Source: an uncultured bacterium
GTDB taxonomy: Bacteria; Patescibacteriota; Minisyncoccia; SW-4-49-11
Direction: 5' to 3'
Length of the DNA stretch: 64,000 nt
Assembly: GCA_937864235.1 (NCBI GenBank)
Contig: CALMJI010000014.1
Location: 5,769-69,768, forward strand
Shown piece after piece: positions 9,683 to 20,175 of this stretch. Every line of letters starts with the position of its first letter. Within the stretch, counting starts at the first letter, position 1. Under the pieces are notes generated by a model that worked only from the letters and a program-made list of their open reading frames with translations, searched no databases and had not been told where the DNA came from. The translations under genes were made by a program, and so were the position numbers.

Positions 9683-11485
9683 CTAACTCTCCCCGTCTTT
9701 GGTTTTGATAAGATTTAGGGCATGTTGGAAGTCTTCGGCTGGGGTAAGTATTCCTTGATTAATAAAGAATATCTGGTCGGCTTTTTTGATAGTATTAAGC
9801 CTATGAGCGATTATGACTTTGGTGGTGGTATCTGGTAATTGATTGATTATATCTTGTAGATTTTGCTCGGTGACCGTATCTATATTGGCGGTAGCTTCGT
9901 CTAAAATCAATAATTGTGGGCGCCTTAGTAAAACTCTAATAAAAGAAATAATTTGTTTTTGACCTATACTGATAGCGTTATTTTCTATATTAGTGGCTAC
10001 TCCATATTCAAAATCAGATATTAAATCTAATAGATTATTGTCTTTGAGTATTTCGATTAGTTCAGCATTACTTTTATTAGCTAAATCTGGATTTCCATAT
10101 CTAATATTATCACCTATAGTACCTGAGAATAGGAATGGCTCCTGTAAAATAAAACCTATGGCTTTGGTTCTATCCTCTGCAGTATGAGTCCTGATATCTT
10201 TATTATATAATTTAACTAGACCTTTTTGTGGATCATAAAGACGTGCCATCAGGGAAGCAGTGGTACTTTTACCTCCTCCGGTTGGTCCAACTAGGGCATA
10301 AGTTTTTCCTTGTTCTAGATTGAAATTCATATTTTTGAGAATTTGTTTTTCATCATATCCAAAACTAACATTTTCAAATTCTAAAATATGTTTAGTTTTT
10401 CTCTTTTTTAAGCCTGATTTATCTTCTTCTAAAATTAAATTAGATTCTAAGCTAATAATTTCCTGAACTCTAGTCCAGGCGGCTAGAGCTCCCTGTAGAC
10501 TGCCTACTATGGAACCTAAAATTCTCAATGGCTCAAAGAATTTTTGAGCATAAGCTAAGAACCCTATCAATAAACCAATTGTAATACTACCTGATAAGAT
10601 AAAACTAACTCCTATTGCGAGCAGGATAATTTGTGATAAGTTAGCTACAAAGGTATATAATGGAGCTATACTGTCATTGAGAATATTGGTTTGAATTTTT
10701 GAGCTATATACAGCTTGGCTAATCTTATTGAAATTATTTTGATAATAATCTTGAATCTGAAAAGCTACTATGGCATTAAAATTAAGTAAGCCCTCTTGTA
10801 CTTCTGAAGATAATGCTCCCTGATTTTCTAAACCAACTTTATTGACTCCTTCTATAAATGGAGTAGCAATTCTAGTAATAATCAAAATTATAGCTGTTAA
10901 AATAAAGACTATACTTGCTAATTGCCAATTTAGATAAAGCATCATAGCAGCTATTCCTATTAAAGAAAAGAAAAGTGAGGTAAATCTCAAGACTCCCTCT
11001 GATAAAAATTGATTGATTTTATTGGTGTCATTGTTAATTCTAGAAATTAAATCACCTGCTTTATTACGGTTAAAGAAGTCTATTGGTAAACTCTGTAGAG
11101 AAGAAAAGACTTTGGCTCTTAGTCTAAACAAAACTCTTTGTGAAACATAGCCCATAATTCTAGCTTGGCCATAAGCTGCAATAGCTGAGATAATATACAA
11201 TATTACTAATCCTAGAGACATTATGGCTAAAGTTTGTATATCTTTATTGGCAATAGGACCATCTATGGCTCTAGTAATGATATATGGGGTTATAACTCCT
11301 GTTCCAATATTTATAAGTACAGTGATTATAATAATAATTAAATTCCTAGTCTCTCCTACAAAAAGCGGTAAAATTGTAGCCAAAGACTCCTCAAAAGAGG
11401 GTGGTTGATTGTGATTTTGTGATAATTTATAGGGGTTTTTCATACTAGGTGGTTTGTTGACTTTGCCATATTTGAGCATATTCAA
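9683..11485 (-). CDS. ABC transporter ATP-binding/permease protein (exporter half-transporter)
   Basis: Six-helix TMD plus NBD with Walker A 'GPTGGGKST', signature 'ISIGQKQ', Walker B 'LILDEAT'. The annotated 5' end overlaps the upstream gene by 41 nt, so the real start is probably internal. Confidence 0.7.
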   Translation of the reverse strand: MNMLKYGKVNKPPSMKNPYKLSQNHNQPPSFEESLATILPLFVGETRNLIIIIITVLINIGTGVITPYIITRAIDGPIANKDIQTLAIMSLGLVILYIISAIAAYGQARIMGYVSQRVLFRLRAKVFSSLQSLPIDFFNRNKAGDLISRINNDTNKINQFLSEGVLRFTSLFFSLIGIAAMMLYLNWQLASIVFILTAIILIITRIATPFIEGVNKVGLENQGALSSEVQEGLLNFNAIVAFQIQDYYQNNFNKISQAVYSSKIQTNILNDSIAPLYTFVANLSQIILLAIGVSFILSGSITIGLLIGFLAYAQKFFEPLRILGSIVGSLQGALAAWTRVQEIISLESNLILEEDKSGLKKRKTKHILEFENVSFGYDEKQILKNMNFNLEQGKTYALVGPTGGGKSTTASLMARLYDPQKGLVKLYNKDIRTHTAEDRTKAIGFILQEPFLFSGTIGDNIRYGNPDLANKSNAELIEILKDNNLLDLISDFEYGVATNIENNAISIGQKQIISFIRVLLRRPQLLILDEATANIDTVTEQNLQDIINQLPDTTTKVIIAHRLNTIKKADQIFFINQGILTPAEDFQHALNLIKTKDGES

Positions 11486-13172
11486 TAGAGCTATGTAAAA
11501 GCTTTTTATGTTTCCCGGTGGCTAATAACTCTCCTTCCATAATTACTATGATTTGATCATAATCTTGGATTGGTTCAATTTTTTGAGTAATTGAGATTAA
11601 AGTTAAATCCGGATAATTCTGTGCTAATGATGATATTATTTCTTTTTCAGTTCTAATATCTACTCTGGCTGTAAAATCATCTAGGAGCAATATATTTGGG
11701 TTCCTAACTAGGGCGCGAGCTAACATTATTCTTTGTTTTTGCCCTCCTGATAGATTGGTCCCTCTTTCACTTATTTTAGTTTCTATACCTTCTGGTAAAG
11801 ATTGGATTATTTCTGTCACATTGGAGGTTTTGAGTGCTTTTGTATAATATTCTTCTGAGACTTCATTATTAAAGACTATATTCTCTCTAAGAGAGGTATT
11901 AAACAAAATACTTTCTTGAAATACAAGCCCCATATTTTTAAAAATATAGTCTGGATCCCATTGGCTAAGAGGGATATCGTCGATTAAAATTTGTCCTGAA
12001 GTGGGTTGAATTAAGCCTGTAATTAGTGACAGGATAAGGCTTTTACCAGAACCAGTTGGGCCTATAATAGCATTTTTACTCTGTGGGTTAATACTAAAGG
12101 ATATGTCTTTTAATAAAGTTTTACCCTTAATTTCATAAGAGACTTGCTCAAAGGTAATTTTGCCTTTGACTGGATTTCTGATTAGATTTTTTTTAGCTTT
12201 CTTTTGTATTTCTGGTGAATTTAGAACTGTTTGTATTCTGGATAAAGAGACAAGTCCTCTGGAGATAAAATTACTTACAAAACCAAGAATAAAAATTGGG
12301 GTAATCAACAGATTAAAATAAGAGATAAAAGCACTAAATTCTCCTAAAGTTAAATCTTCTACCATAACTTGTCTTCCTCCAAACCAGATAATAGTGACAA
12401 TTGCAAAGTTAGAGACTAGATTGATAGTCGGGATAAGGCTTGCAAAAACATTTATAATTTGAAGTCCTACATCTCTTCCTTCTTTATTTACATTATCAAA
12501 TTTTATATTCTCATAATTTTGGGAATTCAGTACTCTGATTAGCATAGATCCCATTACACTCTCATTAATAACTTTATTGATTTTAGATAATATTTCTTGA
12601 GAAGAGCGGAATAATTTGAATATATTCTTAAAAATAAAAGCAAAAACTGCTATTATAATTGGTAAAGAAATAATAGCAATCAAAGCTAATCTGACATTGA
12701 TGGTAAACAACAAGACTACACTACCAATTAAAATTATTAAGGCGGAGAATATACTAGCAAAACCCTGCGATATTATATCCTTAACCTGTTCTACATCTGA
12801 TGTAATATTGGTAAATAATTCAGAAGAATCTTTCTCTTCAATAAAACTAATTGGTTGGGCTAGAATTTTTTTAATTAAAGAATCTCTCAAATCCTTGGCT
12901 ACTCTCTCGGCTATATAGACACTAATTACTGTCTGTACTAAACTTATTAAAACTACAGAGATTGCAATTATAGACAATAGCCATATATCTGGAGATAATT
13001 TGTATAAATCTCTATTTTGGCTAAAGTTGTCTATGCTATCTCCTAATATTCTTGGGATAAGTAAATTAGCTCCGTTAGAGATGAAAATAAGCAAAGTTAA
13101 AAAAATTGTCCAACCTATATAGGGCTTTAAAAATCTTAAATCTATTTTTGATTTATTAGTATTTTTTGACAT
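11445..13172 (-). CDS. ABC transporter ATP-binding/permease protein (partner half-transporter)
   Basis: TMD plus NBD with Walker A 'GPTGSGKS', signature 'LSGGQKQR', 'LLLDDFTA'; adjacent to a paralogous half-transporter, suggesting a heterodimeric exporter. Confidence 0.7.
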   Translation of the reverse strand: MSKNTNKSKIDLRFLKPYIGWTIFLTLLIFISNGANLLIPRILGDSIDNFSQNRDLYKLSPDIWLLSIIAISVVLISLVQTVISVYIAERVAKDLRDSLIKKILAQPISFIEEKDSSELFTNITSDVEQVKDIISQGFASIFSALIILIGSVVLLFTINVRLALIAIISLPIIIAVFAFIFKNIFKLFRSSQEILSKINKVINESVMGSMLIRVLNSQNYENIKFDNVNKEGRDVGLQIINVFASLIPTINLVSNFAIVTIIWFGGRQVMVEDLTLGEFSAFISYFNLLITPIFILGFVSNFISRGLVSLSRIQTVLNSPEIQKKAKKNLIRNPVKGKITFEQVSYEIKGKTLLKDISFSINPQSKNAIIGPTGSGKSLILSLITGLIQPTSGQILIDDIPLSQWDPDYIFKNMGLVFQESILFNTSLRENIVFNNEVSEEYYTKALKTSNVTEIIQSLPEGIETKISERGTNLSGGQKQRIMLARALVRNPNILLLDDFTARVDIRTEKEIISSLAQNYPDLTLISITQKIEPIQDYDQIIVIMEGELLATGKHKKLLHSSIEYAQIWQSQQTT

Positions 13173-13202
13173 ATAATATTAGAAAGCTAAATATATTGTA
13201 GC

Positions 13203-14858
13203 TTAGCTTCGGTCTATAAATTCCTCTCGGGAGCAGGGATCTGGCTTGATCAGATGTTGTGGAATCATAGCTTGTAATAATGATTCACTATTAGCTCCTA
13301 ATTTGGCTATATCATAAGCTAATTGTCTATAATTAATATGTCCTCCCGGTCTGACTCTAAGTTGTGTCATATAGCTAATTTCCTTAGGGGAAGCATGGAA
13401 AAATGAAGTAAAAATATGAGCAAATGGGAGTAGTTGAGTATAAATATATTGAGGGAACCAATCATATTGTGAACTTAAATCTACAAATTCTTGTAATTTG
13501 GTATAGTATTGTTGCAAATCCTGCTCAAATTCTTGTCTAATCTCTTTGAGAGCTGGGTTTTTGGTCAAATATAACGGTAAAGTATACCCTGTATAGAGAC
13601 TTGCTTTATAATTACTAGTGTTCAAAATTGGAATGTATCTACCCCAAGCTCGATGCCGATTCAAGTCTCTTAATTCAGAGTTAGAGCAAGTGAGTACAAA
13701 ACTATGGGTATTGACTCGAAATAAATTACCCATTTGTTTGTGATGATTGAAGTCTTTGAACAAAATTTTAGAAATATATGCCTTTTGTTCTATATTCAAA
13801 TTATCTATGAATTGTAAAATTGAATGAATATTGGCATTGGGATATATAGTTATAATATGTTGTAATAAAATTATAGTTCCCGCACTTAAACTCATATCTA
13901 ATAAGTCTGCTTTGAGTTTATGGCAAGTAATAGTATTTGCAAACTCTAAAGATTGGGTGATTTTTAGATGTTCTTCTAGATACTGCTGTAGTATATTCAA
14001 GTTTTGATTGGTAATAGTATCTGCCTCAGTATGCCTGATTAAATCTGGAGCTTCTGGAGTGTATTTTAGCTCTTGAGCTACACTTTCTTCTGGGGCAAAA
14101 AGTACTTCTAATTGCTCAGCAAGACAGACTAAATTATATTCATTGGAAGCCTTGAAAACTGAGATCAATCTAGCCCATTCTCTGGCTGAGGTTATATAGG
14201 CTAATGAAGTCTTATTCATCAGACCAGAGGGTAAAAAGTATCTAGTAGAGTCAAAAACTCTGGCTGTCAGAGCTCCTGCTTCTGACTTATTATTTTCATC
14301 TATGTTATATACTCTTGTGTATTCTGAGGTTAATTTGTCTTGGTAGTATTTATACTTTTCTAGAGAATATTGCTGTAAATCTAATAATTTCTGGTTAATT
14401 GTATCAAAGTTTTCTGAAGTTGTATCTACTCCTAGGCTATCAAGTCCCAGAGGCTTACTACTGCCAAAATCCTGATACCTAGTAGATCTTTGTTGCCCTC
14501 CTCCGACACTACTTTCATTAAAAAATATAGTAGAATAATGGTCTGGAATTTGCTCTATATAGGCAAAAAGTTGTGCCATATCTGCTACTGAGGAGTGGCC
14601 ATAATTACGAAAAATATTGGCTAGCTTTTCATTAGCATTACTGCCTGCTTTTCTAATTTCTTGGAATAACTCCTCTGCTGATAGGGCTGACCTTGAAAAT
14701 CTAGCCCCTGCAAAAGCCATAATAGATGCAGTTTGTTTGCCTGAATTTGGCAAAGCGGTTCTGACTGTATAGCCGGTACGAGAATCAGTAACCGAGACTA
14801 TAACTAAATCTGTTTTATCCTTGTCCGAGATACTAAATTTAAAGTTTGATTTATTCAT
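13203..14858 (-). CDS. thyX: Flavin-dependent thymidylate synthase ThyX-like protein (long, probably duplicated-domain form)
   Basis: 'QQRSTRY' in the N-terminal half and 'NRHRAWGRY' in the C-terminal half, matching the ThyX RHR...SxRY signature; immediately followed by dcd on the same strand. Confidence 0.45.
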   Translation of the reverse strand: MNKSNFKFSISDKDKTDLVIVSVTDSRTGYTVRTALPNSGKQTASIMAFAGARFSRSALSAEELFQEIRKAGSNANEKLANIFRNYGHSSVADMAQLFAYIEQIPDHYSTIFFNESSVGGGQQRSTRYQDFGSSKPLGLDSLGVDTTSENFDTINQKLLDLQQYSLEKYKYYQDKLTSEYTRVYNIDENNKSEAGALTARVFDSTRYFLPSGLMNKTSLAYITSAREWARLISVFKASNEYNLVCLAEQLEVLFAPEESVAQELKYTPEAPDLIRHTEADTITNQNLNILQQYLEEHLKITQSLEFANTITCHKLKADLLDMSLSAGTIILLQHIITIYPNANIHSILQFIDNLNIEQKAYISKILFKDFNHHKQMGNLFRVNTHSFVLTCSNSELRDLNRHRAWGRYIPILNTSNYKASLYTGYTLPLYLTKNPALKEIRQEFEQDLQQYYTKLQEFVDLSSQYDWFPQYIYTQLLPFAHIFTSFFHASPKEISYMTQLRVRPGGHINYRQLAYDIAKLGANSESLLQAMIPQHLIKPDPCSREEFIDRS

Positions 14859-14865
14859 AATATTT

Positions 14866-15444
14866 TTAATCTTTTATTTTCTCAAAATTTTTATGCATAT
14901 CACTAGCTTGCACTCCTCTGGAATCATAATATTTACTACCAAGAGATGATGTTCCGTAAGGTTTTTGAGCTGGGGTTTTGAGTTCATAAAACGCAATTTG
15001 AGCAATTTTCATCTCTGGATACAGCCTAATTGGGACGGTATTGGTATTTACAAATTCCAAAGTAGCATTAAGCTTATTGCCTGGATCAATAAATCCTGCC
15101 GTAGTATGCACGATTAAACCATACCTGGCTAGCGAACTTTTGCCCATAATTTGACAGGCATACTTTTCATTACAACCAAAATAATCTTTGGTTACTCCTA
15201 ATATAAATTGCCCTGGATGAATTACAAAATACTCATCTGGACTAGATAATACAACTTTTTCCATAAAGTTATGTATTGGTTTTTTGGGATCTATACATTC
15301 AAATTTATGATTATTGAATATCATAAACTCATATCCCAAAAGCACATCATAGCTAGCTGGTTGTAATCTATTCTCATCAAAATCATTAATTATAATATCT
15401 CCTACTTCTAGTGCTTGCTTTATATCTATATCTGATAATTGCAT
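14866..15444 (-). CDS. dcd: dCTP deaminase
   Basis: 192 aa; N-terminal 'ASYDVLLG' and dUTPase-like fold motifs. Confidence 0.7.
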   Translation of the reverse strand: MQLSDIDIKQALEVGDIIINDFDENRLQPASYDVLLGYEFMIFNNHKFECIDPKKPIHNFMEKVVLSSPDEYFVIHPGQFILGVTKDYFGCNEKYACQIMGKSSLARYGLIVHTTAGFIDPGNKLNATLEFVNTNTVPIRLYPEMKIAQIAFYELKTPAQKPYGTSSLGSKYYDSRGVQASDMHKNFEKIKD

Positions 15445-15456
15445 ATCTCTTTTGAC

Positions 15457-16386
15457 CTAAACTTTAAGATATCTATTAATTGCAATAAGACTACTTCCAA
15501 CTCCTAGAATAATACCAACGACTAATTGTATACCAATAATTAGGAAGGATTTATTCAATACATATTCACTTGGTGATTGAGCTCCTGAGATAAAACTAGT
15601 AATAGTCTGTGAAATCAATAATACCACCACGAATAATATCAAAAAGCTAATAAATGTTCCAAAAACTCCGAACAAAACTCCTTCTACAAAAAACGGGCCT
15701 TTAATTTGTGAATCACTAGCTCCCACTAGTCTCATAATTTCAATTTCTTGGCGATAAGAGTATAATGTCAAACGAATAGTATTATAGGTAATAAGCACAG
15801 CAATAGTAGCTAATACCACAATCACACTAATCCCCACATTGCGAGTAACCCTAATAACATTATTTAATCTATCAATAATTTCTTTAGAGGTGCTTTTTTG
15901 GTAATCTGTTTCTTGAATAGTCGATTCTTTATACTCTGAGGCTAATAAAGTATCATTAATGCTTTGATAAAAATCACTACTTTCAGCTTTAATGGTCAAG
16001 GTTACAGGAAGCGGATTTTCATCTAGAACTTGTAGGGATTGTATAATGGAAGGATTATCCTTATAGGTTTCTTTAAACTTTTCTAAAGCCATTTCTTTGG
16101 TAATCAAATTTGTCTCTCTAACTCCCTCTATTGATTTTACATAGCTTATAAAATCATTAACTTGTGATTCCTCAAGGCCTTCTTTCAAATATACACTGAT
16201 ATCAACTCTGTCCTGTATCCCACTCAAAGCATCACTACTAATCTGATTAATTACCATAAAAAATCCAAGCCCAAACAAAGTCAAGACCATTATACTGGTA
16301 GTAGCAATAGATAAGAAAATATTGCGTCCAAAGTTTTGAAATCCGTATTTTATACTGCGAATAATAGTAGAGAAGAATAAGTCCAT
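15457..16386 (-). CDS. ftsX: Cell division permease FtsX
   Basis: N-terminal TM, a large extracytoplasmic domain and three C-terminal TM helices; directly downstream of ftsE. Confidence 0.65.
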   Translation of the reverse strand: MDLFFSTIIRSIKYGFQNFGRNIFLSIATTSIMVLTLFGLGFFMVINQISSDALSGIQDRVDISVYLKEGLEESQVNDFISYVKSIEGVRETNLITKEMALEKFKETYKDNPSIIQSLQVLDENPLPVTLTIKAESSDFYQSINDTLLASEYKESTIQETDYQKSTSKEIIDRLNNVIRVTRNVGISVIVVLATIAVLITYNTIRLTLYSYRQEIEIMRLVGASDSQIKGPFFVEGVLFGVFGTFISFLILFVVVLLISQTITSFISGAQSPSEYVLNKSFLIIGIQLVVGIILGVGSSLIAINRYLKV

Positions 16387-16403
16387 ATAATTAATGTTTA
16401 TCT

Positions 16404-17090
16404 TTATATAATATATTTACCATCAAGACTATCTCGAATAATCTTACCTTTATCAAGGCTAATAACTCTTTTATTAATACTATTTACAACCTCTTTGTTA
16501 TGTGTAGCAAAGATAATAGTAGTTTTGAGCTGTTCATTGATTTTAAGTAATAAATTTACAATATCCCAACTATTAAATACATCTAAGTTACCAGTTGGCT
16601 CATCAGCTAATAATACTTTTGGCTCATTGATTAAGGCTCGGGCAATAGCTATTCTTTGCCTTTCTCCTCCAGACATTTGACTAGGAAATTTATTGGCCTT
16701 CGCCCCCATACCAACAATATTCAAGAATCTAGGAACTTTTCTACTAATTTCTAAATTATCCTTCCCTAATATCTCCATAGCAAAAGCAATATTTTCAAAG
16801 GCTGTTTTACTTGGTAAAAGTTTAAAATCTTGAAATATAATACCTAAAGACTGTCTATGTCTTGGCATATCTCCATACCTTAGATCATTAACTCTGGTTT
16901 TACCCAAGAAAACTTCTCCCTTATCTGGCTTTTGCTCTCCTGTAATTAATTTCATCAAAGTAGACTTTCCAGCCCCGCTCTGCCCTACCAGAACTACAAA
17001 TTCACCATCTTCAATCTTTAAGTTTATATTTTCTATAGCAAAAGATTCCTCTTCGCCGTATTTTTTGGTTACATTTTTAAATAAAATCAT
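16404..17090 (-). CDS. ftsE: Cell division ATP-binding protein FtsE
   Basis: Walker A 'GQSGAGKST', signature 'MSGGERQR', Walker B 'LLADEPTGNLD'; 228 aa. Confidence 0.7.
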   Translation of the reverse strand: MILFKNVTKKYGEEESFAIENINLKIEDGEFVVLVGQSGAGKSTLMKLITGEQKPDKGEVFLGKTRVNDLRYGDMPRHRQSLGIIFQDFKLLPSKTAFENIAFAMEILGKDNLEISRKVPRFLNIVGMGAKANKFPSQMSGGERQRIAIARALINEPKVLLADEPTGNLDVFNSWDIVNLLLKINEQLKTTIIFATHNKEVVNSINKRVISLDKGKIIRDSLDGKYII

Positions 17091-17098
17091 ATTTCTAA

Positions 17099-18181
17099 TT
17101 AATGTTTATCTTTTTTGATAAGTACTGAGGTGATAATTTCATCCAAATCACCAGACAAAATCTTATCTACATCAGTTGTCTCAAAACCACTTCGCTGGTC
17201 TTTTACCAATTTATATGGATTCATTACATAAGATCGAATATGATTACCCCATGAAATAGAGACATCCTCCGTATGAGATTGCAGCTCCTGTTTATGCTCG
17301 GATTGCCTCAACTCCCATAGCTTTGATTTCAAGATATTCATAGCCAATGCTTTATTCTGCAACTGCGACCTCTCGGTCTGAATAGCCACCACAATACCAG
17401 TCGGAATATGAGTGATTCTGACCGCTGAGTCAGTGGTATTAACACTTTGTCCCCCAGCACCCTGAGAGCGATAGACATCCACCTTGATATCATTAGGATT
17501 AACAACAATATCACTAGAGCTAATTTCATCTATTTCGGGCAAAACCTGCACCATCACGAAGGAGGTATGCCTTAGTCCAGCTGCATTAAATGGAGAAACT
17601 CTCACTAATCTATGCACTCCTCGCTCTTGGCGAAAAATCCCATAAGCATATTGACCTTTGATCTGTAATAAGGATCTTTTTATACCAGCCTCTTGGCCTT
17701 GTATATATTCTATCACATCTATTTCAAAATTTCGAGACTTTCCGTAGGCAATATACATTTTAGTGATTATTTCAGCGAAATCTTGAGCATCTACTCCACC
17801 AGCTCCGGCCTGTATAAACACAAGAGCATTACCCTCATCGTATTTCTCATCAAAGAACATCTCCTGCCAATAGGTATTAATTTGTTTTTCTAAATTTTTT
17901 AATTCTGACTCAAAATCAGTATCTGGCTCTAAAATTAACTGCTCCGTAAATTCAATACTCTCAGGAATGTTCTCCAAATCCTGTAGTTTTTTTTGAGTAT
18001 GAGAGAGTTTTTTTAAGATAATTTGAGCCTGCTCTGGGTTATCCCAAAGACTTGGATTTTCCGACTCTTTGACATATAAATTTAAGTCTTGTTTTAGCTT
18101 ATCAAAGTCAATACCAAGCTCAATTTGTTGCCATTTCTCTTTTATTTCACTTAAAATGTGCTGAGCTTGATCGAGGGTCAT
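17099..18181 (-). CDS. prfB: Peptide chain release factor 2
   Basis: 'SPF' tripeptide (RVSPFNAAG) and GGQ motif (SQGAGGQSVN). It is a single 360-aa ORF with no internal programmed +1 frameshift site. Confidence 0.75.
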   Translation of the reverse strand: MTLDQAQHILSEIKEKWQQIELGIDFDKLKQDLNLYVKESENPSLWDNPEQAQIILKKLSHTQKKLQDLENIPESIEFTEQLILEPDTDFESELKNLEKQINTYWQEMFFDEKYDEGNALVFIQAGAGGVDAQDFAEIITKMYIAYGKSRNFEIDVIEYIQGQEAGIKRSLLQIKGQYAYGIFRQERGVHRLVRVSPFNAAGLRHTSFVMVQVLPEIDEISSSDIVVNPNDIKVDVYRSQGAGGQSVNTTDSAVRITHIPTGIVVAIQTERSQLQNKALAMNILKSKLWELRQSEHKQELQSHTEDVSISWGNHIRSYVMNPYKLVKDQRSGFETTDVDKILSGDLDEIITSVLIKKDKH

Positions 18182-18204
18182 TATTTTAGATTACGAATCA
18201 CTTC

Positions 18205-18423
18205 TCATACATGTCTTACAGCCCTATTGGCAGTGGCGGAGTCGTGAGAATATAGATTTTGCTCTATTTGTCTTCCGTATCGCATAGTACTCGCCTTGGT
18301 GACCATCTTATATTCAGATCCATAGACGCTAGTCACAGCGTGGTGAACAGCATCAGCCTCTCTACTTCCTCTTACAAATCCTCCAGCTTCACAAATTTGT
18401 TTAATAACATCTTTTACCACCAT
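18205..18423 (-). CDS. Hypothetical small protein
   Basis: 72-aa ORF with moderately elevated GC; no motif recognised. Confidence 0.2.
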   Translation of the reverse strand: MVVKDVIKQICEAGGFVRGSREADAVHHAVTSVYGSEYKMVTKASTMRYGRQIEQNLYSHDSATANRAVRHV

Positions 18424-18433
18424 ATAATTATAT

Positions 18434-18709
18434 TTAATCTAACTCTCTTTCTATAGCTTTAGATAAGACTTCTATATCTTGCTCAGTTAGAATGTCTTTT
18501 TTATTAGATAATAGATTGTCTTTAATCTCTTGCCATTCTTCAATAGTAGCTAATTCTCTAGCATCCCCATAATTATCAAAAGCATCATCAAAAATAACTT
18601 TTATATACTCTTTCTTTTGCTCATTAGTAGCTCCAGAAGTGAACATTCCTGGTCCTTTAAAATAAAGTCTCTTTAATATGATATCAAATCTTGATTTGGA
18701 TATAGTCAT
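18434..18709 (-). CDS. Hypothetical protein
   Basis: 91-aa acidic protein; no motif recognised. Confidence 0.25.
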   Translation of the reverse strand: MTISKSRFDIILKRLYFKGPGMFTSGATNEQKKEYIKVIFDDAFDNYGDARELATIEEWQEIKDNLLSNKKDILTEQDIEVLSKAIERELD

Positions 18710-18778
18710 AAATTTATAATTTATATTATATTTATTATACCATAGATTTAGGAAATTGTGAATTGTAAATTATTAATA

Positions 18779-19045
18779 GTGGATCTCGTGAATCGCAGGG
18801 GCAACCTTGCAGTCACCTGTGTTTTTGTATTATGACCTTTTGAATTTCTGTCCTCCTTCGGAGGAGGTGGCACAGAGTGCCGGAGGTGAATTGAGCTAAA
18901 AATTAAATTCTATCCACCCTCCCCCTTACGGGTACTCCCTCCAAAGGGAGGCAAAAGCTCCGGTACAAAAATACCTCGGGCGACATAAGGTCGCATCTAC
19001 GAACACAAAACTCAATGGAGGGATAACCTCTCCACTACGACTCTC
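18779..19045. repeat. GC-rich modular hairpin repeat, copy R2 (abuts ychF stop codon)
   Basis: Modules gtcctccttcggaggaggtggcacagagtgccggaggtg, ccctccaaagggagg and gggcgacataaggtcgcatctacgaa. Confidence 0.6.
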
Positions 19046-20113
19046 CTACACATTAAACTTAAAGTGACAGACATCTCCATCTTGGATAATGTAAGACTTA
19101 CCTTCTTGTCTCAACTTACCGTTTTGCCTGGCCCCTACCTCGCTACCGCAATCGACAAAATCTTGATATGAGATTATATCTGCCATTATGAAGCCTCGCT
19201 CTATATCTGAATGTATAACTCCTCCAGCTTGTGGGGCTAAGGTTCCTTGTTTGACTGTCCAAGCTTTGGTCTCCTGTACTCCAGTGGTAAGAAAAGATAT
19301 TAAGTCTAATAATTTATATCCCTCTTGAATTAGGGTGTCTAGCCCACTCATTTCTCGTCCTAGCATTGTTAGATATTCGGTTTGCTCCTCTGCTTCCATC
19401 AGACAGATTTCAGATTCGATTTTGATAGATAGTGGGATTATATTAGTAAATTTATCTTGTAATTCTGGGCTAAGCTGATATGTCTCATCGGTATTAGCTA
19501 CATACATCATTGGCTTAGCGGTTAGAAAATTATAGGATTTTATAATTTCTAGCTCCTCTGGGGCTAGTTCAGCATCTCTAATTGGGGTACCAGCTTCTAT
19601 GCGTGGTAATATTTTTTGTAAAATTGGGAGAGTTTCTAAGGCTAATTTGTCTTTGGACTTAGCTTTTTTTTCTACCTGTGGTAGAGCTTTGGTGATCTGA
19701 TCTAAATCAGCTAATAGTAATTCAGTATTGATAATATCAGCATCTTCAATCGGGTTAATTCTATTCTCAACATGAGTAATATCATCATTATGAAATACTC
19801 TAATCACATGACAAATAGCATCTACTTGCCTAATATTAGCAAGAAATGCGTTTCCCAAACCTTCACCTTTGGAAGCACCTTTGACTAATCCAGCTATGTC
19901 TATGAATTCTATGGTAGTGGGGATTACTTTGGCAGATTTGGAAATTTGAGCCAGTACATCTAGTCTTTGGTCCGGTACTGGAACACCTCCAACATTAGGC
20001 TCAATAGTACAAAAGGGGTAATTCTCCGCTGATACTTGCTTTTTGGTAAGAATTTGAAATAGAGTAGATTTACCAACATTAGGTAGACCAACAATACCAA
20101 TGGATAAGGACAT
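19046..20113 (-). CDS. ychF: Ribosome-binding ATPase YchF (Obg-family GTPase)
   Basis: G1 'GLPNVGKST', TGS-like C-terminus, 355 aa. Confidence 0.8.
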   Translation of the reverse strand: MSLSIGIVGLPNVGKSTLFQILTKKQVSAENYPFCTIEPNVGGVPVPDQRLDVLAQISKSAKVIPTTIEFIDIAGLVKGASKGEGLGNAFLANIRQVDAICHVIRVFHNDDITHVENRINPIEDADIINTELLLADLDQITKALPQVEKKAKSKDKLALETLPILQKILPRIEAGTPIRDAELAPEELEIIKSYNFLTAKPMMYVANTDETYQLSPELQDKFTNIIPLSIKIESEICLMEAEEQTEYLTMLGREMSGLDTLIQEGYKLLDLISFLTTGVQETKAWTVKQGTLAPQAGGVIHSDIERGFIMADIISYQDFVDCGSEVGARQNGKLRQEGKSYIIQDGDVCHFKFNV

Positions 20114-20175
20114 ATTCTGATCACTTATATAATATTTGCTAGTATTATACTATAAAATTACTGATTCGGCTAGAT

